33,746 nt of DNA, from the IMG/VR virus record IMGVR_UViG_3300032103_000281, positions 1 through 33,746 of that record. One strand, 5' to 3'. Positions 8,312-15,585 of the stretch are shown here, one piece after another. The notes beneath the pieces were generated by a model. The model searched no databases, had not been told where the DNA came from, and saw only the letters and a program-made list of their open reading frames with translations. The position numbers and the translations under genes are program-made. Every line of letters starts with the position of its first letter. Within the stretch, counting starts at the first letter, position 1. The stretch comes from a virus. Taxonomy: Duplodnaviria > Caudoviricetes.

Positions 8312-10714
8312 TTATGCGTCTAATGTTGCAGCAAGAACTTTAACAGTAAACGCACTAGTTGCACCGGCTTGTGTAGCTTGAAGCTCAATGTTTGCACCAT
8401 TTAAGACAACGCTAAAGTTTAGCGTGCCGTTGATAGTACCAAGGTCGAGACTAGCATACTCGGTTACTGCAACGTCTGTGCCGTTATAAATTGCAAACAC
8501 TTTCATTGAACGGAAGTAGCCGCTGGCTTGTCTAGCTTGAACAGTAAACTCGTATGTTGTAAAGTTAGCAGCAACCGCAGTTGCAACAACAGCATTAGTT
8601 GCATTTACTGCGAGGGCCGTATTGAACGACCTAAGTACTGCGTGGCCTAAGTCGACCGTGTTAGTGGTTACGCTATTTGCGTGCAGTGCACCTGCGACGC
8701 CAACTCCACCAGCGACAACCAATGCACCAGTTGTAGCATTAGTAGAAGCAGTAGTGGCAGAAACTGTAACGGTACCAGTTGTATTGGCAGCGTTTGGCCT
8801 GAGCTCTAACGCACCTGCATCACCGCGGACAGAAGCAATAACTGGTGTTAGCAAGGTTGGGGTGTTGTTGAACACTAATACGCCCGTGCCAGTTTCATCT
8901 GAAATAACGCTAGCTAGTTCAGCCGATGTAGTTGCAGCAAACGCAGACAGATTGTTACCTAATAATGCAATTGTACCGTTTGCGTTTTGAACTGTTAGCG
9001 TGCGGGTAGTTGCAGTTGAGACGCCAGCAACCTGGAACTTAACAATCTTAGTAGGATCAAGGTCATCAGTGAGCAAGAAGGCTTCGTCTGTAACTGTGCC
9101 GTAGTTTGTCCAGGTTGGAGCGCCAGTACCACCCGACAGTAAAACTTGACCAGTGGTACCAGCAGCAAGAAATGCTGTGGTGTTAGGTGCGGTTTGATAA
9201 GCAATAGAACCAGCAGCACCACCAGCTAGGTTAGTAGCACGGAGTGCAGTTCCGTTTAGGTTAGCGGCAATGGTTCCTGGTGCACCAGAAAACACCTCAG
9301 CAACACCCGTAGCATCTGGAATAAATGTAAATTCACCAGTTGAATCTTTGAATCCAAAGAAGCCAGCTTTAGAGCTAACACCATCGTTATACCTAAACGT
9401 GACACCACGATCTTTGTTGTCGTCTAGTGTGTCATCACCAAGGGCGAACACTGGATCTTTAATAGTAACAACAGTCGAGTTAACAGTGGTTGTGGTTCCG
9501 TGAACAGTTAAATCGCCAGAAATAATTGTGTTGCCAGTAATATTGATGTCGCCACCAACGCCAACTCCACCAGCGACAACCAATGCACCAGTTGTAGCAT
9601 TAGTAGAAGCAGTAGTGGCAGAAACTGTAACGGTACCAGTTGTATTGGCAGCGTTTGGCCTGAGCTCTAACGCACCTGCATCACCGCGGACAGAAGCAAT
9701 AACTGGTGTTAGCAAGGTTGGGGTGTTGTTGAACACTAGCGAGCCAGATCCAGTTTCGTCCGAAATAACACCAGCCAATTGTGCTGATGTTGTAGTAGCG
9801 AACTGACCGAGATTATTTTCTAACAGAGCTAAGGTTCCGTTTGCATCCTGGAACGTGAATGTACGGGTTGTACCTGTTGTGATACCAGACGATTCAAACT
9901 TAGCAACCTTGGTGTTATTAACGTTATCAACAATAGCAAATGTTAGGTCGTCATAAGAACCCATACTTCGCCATGTTGGTGCGCCGGCGCCGCCCGAAAC
10001 TAAAGCTTGGCCAGCTATACCTGCACCAATTGCAGCAATTTCAGTTGTCGATGTTGCATAAACAACGCCGCCAGCAGCAGCAATTGTCCCAATGCTAATG
10101 CCATCAACTGTATCGGCGTTTAAGTTGTTAACTTTAGTGGTCGAAGAAACAACTAGCGGGGCAGTGCCGGTGGCAACAGTTGAAGTTAATTGGCCAGTAA
10201 CCGACAATGAGCTACCGGCAGCGGCACCAATGTTTGGTGTTACTAGGGTTGGCGAATTAGCAAATACTAGCGAGCCGGTGCCAGTTTCGTCTGAAATAAC
10301 GCTAGCTAGTTCAGCTGATGTAGTTGCAGCAAACGCAGACAACCTGTTGCCCAACAATGCAATAGTGCCACTTGCATCTTGAACTGTTAACGTGCGGGTG
10401 TTGCCTGCTGTAATGTTGGCTGTTTCAAACTGTAGTGCTTTAGTTGTGTTGCCGTTGTCAACAATAGCAAATGTTGCATCGGTAACATTAAATGTGCCAC
10501 CGATTGTGACTGAACCACCGACATTTAAGTTACCGCCAATGCCAACGCCACCAGTAACAATTACTGCACCAGTTGTCGTATTAGTTGATTGGGCGTTTGA
10601 GCTAAATGAGCCAGTTACACTTGTGATATTACCATTTTCGTCAATAACATTAACTGGTGCTTCGCCGACGCTTAAACCAGTTTTTGCATTGAACCTTTTT
10701 ACGATTGTTGCCAT
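8312..10714 (-). CDS. Long tail fibre-like protein with internal repeats
   Basis: 800 aa, Thr/Gly/Ala-rich; repeated STNATTGALVVAGGVGVGG and TTSAELASVISDETGTG modules; AAGGAG RBS; TAAATA at 10742. Confidence 0.8.
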   Translation of the reverse strand: MATIVKRFNAKTGLSVGEAPVNVIDENGNITSVTGSFSSNAQSTNTTTGAVIVTGGVGIGGNLNVGGSVTIGGTFNVTDATFAIVDNGNTTKALQFETANITAGNTRTLTVQDASGTIALLGNRLSAFAATTSAELASVISDETGTGSLVFANSPTLVTPNIGAAAGSSLSVTGQLTSTVATGTAPLVVSSTTKVNNLNADTVDGISIGTIAAAGGVVYATSTTEIAAIGAGIAGQALVSGGAGAPTWRSMGSYDDLTFAIVDNVNNTKVAKFESSGITTGTTRTFTFQDANGTLALLENNLGQFATTTSAQLAGVISDETGSGSLVFNNTPTLLTPVIASVRGDAGALELRPNAANTTGTVTVSATTASTNATTGALVVAGGVGVGGDINITGNTIISGDLTVHGTTTTVNSTVVTIKDPVFALGDDTLDDNKDRGVTFRYNDGVSSKAGFFGFKDSTGEFTFIPDATGVAEVFSGAPGTIAANLNGTALRATNLAGGAAGSIAYQTAPNTTAFLAAGTTGQVLLSGGTGAPTWTNYGTVTDEAFLLTDDLDPTKIVKFQVAGVSTATTRTLTVQNANGTIALLGNNLSAFAATTSAELASVISDETGTGVLVFNNTPTLLTPVIASVRGDAGALELRPNAANTTGTVTVSATTASTNATTGALVVAGGVGVAGALHANSVTTNTVDLGHAVLRSFNTALAVNATNAVVATAVAANFTTYEFTVQARQASGYFRSMKVFAIYNGTDVAVTEYASLDLGTINGTLNFSVVLNGANIELQATQAGATSAFTVKVLAATLDA
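8697..8877. repeat. 181-bp exact direct repeat, copy 1 (copy 2 at 9558-9738)
   Basis: No mismatch found on base-by-base comparison, offset 861 (in frame). Confidence 0.9.
9558..9738. repeat. 181-bp exact direct repeat, copy 2
   Basis: Identical to 8697-8877. Confidence 0.9.
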
Positions 10715-10761
10715 GAATTACTCCTTATGAATGTTATTTGCTATTTACCGAAAACACAGCA

Positions 10762-11490
10762 TTAAACTGTTCGGATTGTTGCTGTTACATCTAATGTATC
10801 TGCTCCCGTTGCTCCCGTTAACGACGCAGCTAATACAATATTGCCTGCGTTAACTACCAAACTGCATGTTACCGTTCCGGCCGATGTCCCGCTTTCTAAT
10901 GTTGCATAAGCTGTGCTGTGAATATTTGTGCCGTCGAACATTCCAAACAGTTTTACCGATCTAACAAACCCGGTACTATTTTGTTTGATATAAACAACAT
11001 ACTCTACTGTTTTATAATCTACAGTTGCAATTGGCAATTGATGGTTAGCAACATTATTCTGAACCTGGTATGTGACATTACCAAACGTCGCTGTTCCGAC
11101 TCGAATGTTCGGAACAGACAAGGTATTAGTAATAATATTGTATGTTAGATTTGGGTTAGACGACACAGTGTTAGTGTGGCTAAACATTATCTCACCATTA
11201 GCAAACGAGACTGTTGGGGATATGTTCCTTTCAACAATAGTTGATGCGGCACCAAATGGTGCCCACGATAACTGTCCCGCACCGTTGGTTGTTAGGACGT
11301 TGCCAGAAAGACCGTCGGCTGCTGGAACCGTCCATTCGACGTTTGCAATTGCAGCAGCGTTAGATTTAAATGTTTGTGTAAAGTTGTTTGACTTGAGGGA
11401 GAGGTTGCCCGCTGTTATAGAACCAGTCCCGTTGTGGCCGATGCGAAAATCATTAGCCGTTGTACCGCGTGCATTCATCATAACTGCCAT
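10762..11490 (-). CDS. Short tail fibre-like virion protein
   Basis: WTVPAADG.SGNVLTTNGAGQLSW repeat shared with 7089-8174; C-terminal domain resembles that of 8312-10714; TAAGGAG RBS. Confidence 0.7.
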   Translation of the reverse strand: MAVMMNARGTTANDFRIGHNGTGSITAGNLSLKSNNFTQTFKSNAAAIANVEWTVPAADGLSGNVLTTNGAGQLSWAPFGAASTIVERNISPTVSFANGEIMFSHTNTVSSNPNLTYNIITNTLSVPNIRVGTATFGNVTYQVQNNVANHQLPIATVDYKTVEYVVYIKQNSTGFVRSVKLFGMFDGTNIHSTAYATLESGTSAGTVTCSLVVNAGNIVLAASLTGATGADTLDVTATIRTV

Positions 11491-11561
11491 GTCGTCTATC
11501 TCCTTAATCGAGTCTGAGAGTCTAGTGACCCGCAGTTAGCTCAGGCATAAGCTATTGTTTT
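11491..11561 (-). promoter_or_regulatory. Putative structured 5' leader motif, copy A
   Basis: CTTATGC-N7-AACTGCG-GGTCA-CTAGA between TAAATA and the RBS; same words in the same order at 15501-15582. Confidence 0.4.
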
Positions 11562-11568
11562 TATTTAC

Positions 11569-11857
11569 CGGACCAAGTGATCCGAAGCCAGACCACAGCG
11601 ATATATTTAGAATTATTTTCTTACGGAAGAAGTTAAACAACAAAACATTTCGTTTTCTAAAGAAAACGGCCCAGGTTTAACAATAACGAATGGGCGACTA
11701 TGTTACTCAAGATAATAGATTTTCTTCTACACAGGCTGTAGCACGGCGCACGAAATGGTGTAGTTCGTATGGTTTAATAATCCCGATGTCAACTTAACAT
11801 AGCAGCGTGACATCTTAGCCAGCAGAGAAGACCATGTGTTCTAAGTAGCAGAACAAA
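11569..11857 (+). mobile_element. Internally deleted IS200/IS605 tnpB relic
   Basis: QRYI*NYFLTEEVKQQ fragment; DNA similar to 13470-13590 and 30669-30810; ends with GGTTTAATAATC...AACTTAACATAGCAGCGTGACATCTTAGCC, resembling a decayed CGLIIDRDLNAA.NIL. Confidence 0.65.
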
Positions 11858-12676
11858 TTAAGCCAAACTATAGAATACTTCGATTTCGGCTTGTCCGACT
11901 GTGCTGCCACTGGAATCGAATGTAGCAACTAGCTGTGTATCTACACTGAACCCAACATAGTTATTAATAACGTATGTCATAACGTTACCGAGATGCGTGT
12001 CTTCAATTGCCGCCAGTGAGTTTGGGACTGCAATGTCGCCAATTGCAAGAGATGCATTTGTTCCGTTAAATGCGGTTGTTACGTCAACGACAACACGATT
12101 TACGCGGGCGCCGGCTGGAACGCTCGTTCCAATGTTGAGCGTTAAGCCGCTGGCAACAGTTACGGTAGACCGAGCCGATTTTACATAACCGACCTCGGGT
12201 GTGACTGCGACAGGACCAACATCGATCCACGATGCCCCTTGGGTGTCCCATAAGTATAGGTGGTCGCCTGAAAAAGATACAGTGCCGCCGGTTAGTGGAG
12301 TCCCCACTACAACTGTCATTCCCTCTACATGGGGGATAAACTCCCACATACCGTTTTTACGCAAGTATAATTCGTTAGCTAAAAACGACCCGCCTGATGT
12401 AGTAACAATATAAATTACGCCGTCTGCTGGTGCAGAAGGAGCAGTGCCGTTAATTTGCCCGACAACTGTGATCTGGGCGCCGCTTGTGCGTAGGTAGCGT
12501 AGTGTAACGAAGTCATCGTCTGTTACTGGATCAGCACCCCGAACAGAAGCGTAGTTGTTGTTAGTATTGTTGCGGACTTCTAATGCCGACGCTACACTGC
12601 GAATCTTGTGGCCGCCAAGCCCGATAGTGAGCGGCGTTCCTACACCTTGTAAATTGTAGATATATTGGACTGCCAT
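11858..12676 (-). CDS. Virion structural protein (fibre/baseplate-associated)
   Basis: 272 aa, beta-rich; ADPVTDDDFVTLRYL and APSAPADGVIYIV motifs; C-terminal domain similar to that of 12680-13183. Confidence 0.6.
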   Translation of the reverse strand: MAVQYIYNLQGVGTPLTIGLGGHKIRSVASALEVRNNTNNNYASVRGADPVTDDDFVTLRYLRTSGAQITVVGQINGTAPSAPADGVIYIVTTSGGSFLANELYLRKNGMWEFIPHVEGMTVVVGTPLTGGTVSFSGDHLYLWDTQGASWIDVGPVAVTPEVGYVKSARSTVTVASGLTLNIGTSVPAGARVNRVVVDVTTAFNGTNASLAIGDIAVPNSLAAIEDTHLGNVMTYVINNYVGFSVDTQLVATFDSSGSTVGQAEIEVFYSLA

Positions 12677-12679
12677 TGT

Positions 12680-13183
12680 TTAAGGCTCTAGCGTCAATAC
12701 AACAAACACCTGACCGGCTGTAGCACCGGCACCAGGAGTTACTGTTGTGATTACATCTGTGTTTACTAAGAACTTGTCAAATGTTCTGATAGAGTGAATA
12801 CTTGGTGCCATTAGGTCTTGGCCAGCAACAGTGATAAACATCCCAGGCGTAGATGCTGTTCCGACTCGAACCTGGCCGCTCGCAACGTCCCATCCTTCTT
12901 CAATGTACACGTCAACACCGAGGACTCGCTTACCAGCAGCAACATTGGCTAGTAATCCCCCGCCCGAGTTATAAGCAAACTCGTTGCGCGGACTTAATAA
13001 CACTGAGCTTGATGGTGCGGCGGATCCACCAAAGTATGGAAGGGAGTTCCATGCAGTTACACCGTTGCCAAACTTTAGGTAGCCAGTGTCCTTTTCGTAC
13101 CCCATTTCGCCATCGGCTAAAACTGTATTAGCTGTGGTCCACTGTGCGGCTGTACCGCGTCTAATTTGAATTTTAATAGCCAT
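12680..13183 (-). CDS. Fibre protein with Mtd_N/hyaluronidase-type N-terminal domain
   Basis: KIQIRRGTAAQWTTANTVLADGEMGYEKDTGYLKFGNGVTAWNSLPY is the characteristic major-tropism-determinant N-terminal motif. Confidence 0.8.
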   Translation of the reverse strand: MAIKIQIRRGTAAQWTTANTVLADGEMGYEKDTGYLKFGNGVTAWNSLPYFGGSAAPSSSVLLSPRNEFAYNSGGGLLANVAAGKRVLGVDVYIEEGWDVASGQVRVGTASTPGMFITVAGQDLMAPSIHSIRTFDKFLVNTDVITTVTPGAGATAGQVFVVLTLEP

Positions 13184-13377
13184 TAAGGTCCGCCTGCGTC
13201 TATAAGTTGTGATACATTAGTATATACAGTGTCTGGTGCTCCGCCGTCGATCTGTTGAACCCCAACTAAATCTGCAACTAACATTTTTACGTTATTGATA
13301 CCTTGGACAACAGGAACTATCTCCGTTCCGGTTAATGGCGCGTTCCACGGCAATTGGGAGATTTTTACACCAGCCAT
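13183..13377 (-). CDS. Small virion protein
   Basis: VKISQLP....LTGTEIVPVVQ motif common at fibre N-termini; AAGGA RBS, TAAATA at 13406; stop overlaps next start (TAATG). Confidence 0.7.
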   Translation of the reverse strand: MAGVKISQLPWNAPLTGTEIVPVVQGINNVKMLVADLVGVQQIDGGAPDTVYTNVSQLIDAGGP

Positions 13378-13412
13378 TATTTATTTTCCTTAGTGTTCAT
13401 TTTTGTATTTAT

Positions 13413-13754
13413 CACCGAGTGTAAAACTACTGGATCTTTGGTCCAGTGGCCAACTAAATCAAAATAACTAAATCGCAGCGATATATTTGGAATTATTTTT
13501 GCAGAGGAAGTTAAACAACAAAATGTTTCGTCTTAAAGAAAACATCTCAGATTCAACAACGAACGGGCCGTGTTACCAAAGATGGTGGATTTTTATGTAC
13601 AAAGCTGAACTATACAGTAAGAAATCGGTTGTAATCGACTGTTATTATCCGTTGTCATGGCTTTGCTTGCAATGTGACGCAGTGCATAAAGTGGCGTTAT
13701 CTGTGCGTGCGAATATACGTTTGTGATACGTGTGGTGTCGACTTAATAGATCAA
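13413..13754 (+). mobile_element. tnpB: Internally deleted IS200/IS605 tnpB relic (best-preserved copy)
   Basis: Left hairpin CTACTGGATC-TTTG-GTCCAGTGG; QRYIWNYF; 13595-13708 YKAELYSKKSVVIDCYYPLSWLCLQCDAVHKVALSVR then frameshift to RIYVCDTCG, matching the TnpB zinc-ribbon region; ends TCAA. Confidence 0.8.
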
Positions 13755-14192
13755 CTATGGCATCTTATCTGATTTGATATTGAGGGGGAGGTTTGCGTGT
13801 TCATTAGATATACGGTAATTCACCGATGCGGTTGGTTCAATTGCAGTTAATCGATCGTGTATTTTTGCATGAGAGTATAGCCCAACCAATCCAATTAAAA
13901 CAATAACAACAGACATTACAATAGTAGCCAACTGATACCTTTTTTGAGAACGGGCGTGTGCCCTACGATCAGATAAAGAGTTTGACGCCATCTTTTTTCT
14001 ACTCAACACATTGCATCGACTAATTGTTCGTTCTATATCATTTAACAATTTAGTAGCTTGCGATATATCTTCTTTCATTTCAGTCGACACATTATCAGTA
14101 ACAATAGAAGAAGAAATATGCGAATCCTGAAGATCAGAAGCAAAGGTAAGTCTTTGCTTTTGATCTATTAAGAGCCCTTTATTACTTTTCAC
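13755..14192 (-). CDS. Hypothetical protein with one transmembrane segment
   Basis: LATIVMSVVIVLIGLVGLY hydrophobic stretch; overlaps upstream gene; start GTG uncertain. Confidence 0.65.
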   Translation of the reverse strand: MKSNKGLLIDQKQRLTFASDLQDSHISSSIVTDNVSTEMKEDISQATKLLNDIERTISRCNVLSRKKMASNSLSDRRAHARSQKRYQLATIVMSVVIVLIGLVGLYSHAKIHDRLTAIEPTASVNYRISNEHANLPLNIKSDKMP

Positions 14193-14643
14193 CTGAGTTG
14201 CCCTCTTTGTCTTCTAAAATAGACTCGAGGTGTTCTAATTTAGACAATAAACGAACATTCTCAATTGCAAACTTGTGAATTTCTTCCCTGGCTTTATCTA
14301 GTGATTCGCCCAGTTTAGAAACTACTGCCTTTAACTCAAGCACCTGGCCACTTAAAATATCAACCTCAGTGCTAAGTTTGCCAACGCGCTGAACAGCATC
14401 GTTGCGCTCAGATTCGACTTGCTCTAAGCGATTTTTTAGTCTTTCGTTTTCTGATATTAGAGATACCTCACGGGCCTGTAACTTTTCGATCAGATCCTCT
14501 TCGGCCCTGTCTTTTGTTTGGTCCACTTTCTCTTGAGACATCTTCCGAACAGTGTGGAACATGAACGCCGTAATGATGCCAATCGCTGTCAATATGCCAG
14601 TGACATATTCTGCTCCAGGAAAAACTCCAATGGTTTCAGTCAT
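14182..14643 (-). CDS. N-terminal membrane anchor plus coiled-coil protein
   Basis: YVTGILTAIGIITAFMF followed by a long heptad-rich helix. Confidence 0.75.
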   Translation of the reverse strand: MTETIGVFPGAEYVTGILTAIGIITAFMFHTVRKMSQEKVDQTKDRAEEDLIEKLQAREVSLISENERLKNRLEQVESERNDAVQRVGKLSTEVDILSGQVLELKAVVSKLGESLDKAREEIHKFAIENVRLLSKLEHLESILEDKEGNSGEK

Positions 14644-14645
14644 TT

Positions 14646-15128
14646 TTAATTACCAATATTAACAGGTTCGTACTTTTCTCGTTGCAGTGGATATGTCGCT
14701 AAAATCCACCAGCTTAACATAGCAGTTGTAATTTCTGCGCTAATTGCTGCGGGAGCTGGGTAAACAGACAACAATATTGCTACACAGCTCCCCGTCCATA
14801 ATACGCAGCTAAAAGCAGCATCAAAAAACAGTGCTGCGCGATTTCGTAGATCGTAAAACAGTGTTACTAGTCCAAACAACCCGACAAACCCAAACATAAC
14901 CGCCCATGTCGTTTTTGATGCAAAGTGAAACATTAAAGTGTATGTTTGGCTCTCGAAAGTGCTGCTCGGCCAGAACAACAATAGACTCCACAATAGCGAC
15001 GATAATGCAATGTAGAGGCGTGCTGGCCAGAGGTCTGCATTGATTAGCTTGTACCAAAACAACAGAAATCTGTTTTTCATTTCGGCAATTACTAACGAGC
15101 AAGGGCGACTGTTTAGACAAGAGCGCAT
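14646..15128 (-). CDS. Multi-pass (about 4 TM) membrane protein, possibly holin-like
   Basis: Four hydrophobic segments; true start may be MKNRF at 15080. Confidence 0.65.
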   Translation of the reverse strand: MRSCLNSRPCSLVIAEMKNRFLLFWYKLINADLWPARLYIALSSLLWSLLLFWPSSTFESQTYTLMFHFASKTTWAVMFGFVGLFGLVTLFYDLRNRAALFFDAAFSCVLWTGSCVAILLSVYPAPAAISAEITTAMLSWWILATYPLQREKYEPVNIGN

Positions 15129-15140
15129 GAACGCAGGCTT

Positions 15141-15500
15141 TTACGAGTTATTAACTTCAGCTAGTCCGTCGGTGTTAGAGGAAGCAAATGTCCACTTGCG
15201 ACGTTGACCTGCAAAATCAGCGAATGTGCGATTTGACAGCTTACGAGCACGAACAACACTGGCATTATCTAATGTAAACGACACTGTCATAGTGTTGTCG
15301 GTGAGTGCGCCGTTAGCTAAGTCAGACAAGGTACAGATTCCGACATTAGTGCCATCTGTAACTAGATAGCGACGAGCCGATTTTTGTTTGATAATGAAAC
15401 CGTTGGCTTCAGCATTTGAGCCGATTTTAACGCGAACAACGATTTGTTGACCAGCTTCTGCTGTATTGCCAATGAACGATTTTTTAATTGGACGACCCAT
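15141..15500 (-). CDS. Late-expressed hypothetical, probable virion protein (MGRPIKK)
   Basis: Strong AAAGGAG RBS, TAAATA at 15583-15588; beta-rich 119 aa. Confidence 0.75.
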   Translation of the reverse strand: MGRPIKKSFIGNTAEAGQQIVVRVKIGSNAEANGFIIKQKSARRYLVTDGTNVGICTLSDLANGALTDNTMTVSFTLDNASVVRARKLSNRTFADFAGQRRKWTFASSNTDGLAEVNNS

Positions 15501-15582
15501 TTTGTTTCTCCTTTATAGTGGTGTTCTAGACCTACGCAGTTGGGTGAAAAACTGCATAAGTTCGTTAAACGACGAACACTAT
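15501..15582 (-). promoter_or_regulatory. Putative structured 5' leader motif, copy B
   Basis: Hairpins GTTCGT/ACGAAC and TTATGCAGTT/AACTGCGTAG; alternative pairing of 5' GTGTTC with GAACAC next to the RBS. Confidence 0.45.
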
Positions 15583-15585
15583 TAT

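Noticed and set aside
8697-10399. Repeats as a diversity-generating retroelement TR/VR pair
   Set aside because: Copies are identical or differ at mixed, mostly synonymous positions rather than adenines only; both are inside one gene and no reverse transcriptase is in the window, despite the nearby Mtd_N domain
8622-10730. Plus-strand ORFs within fibre genes, and similar antisense ORFs in the capsid, scaffold, portal and tape-measure genes
   Set aside because: Antisense shadows of codon-biased genes; no RBS or recognisable motifs
13487-13726. 79-aa ORF as a functional gene
   Set aside because: It is a chance open frame across a decayed tnpB relic, with frameshifts on either side of the conserved part
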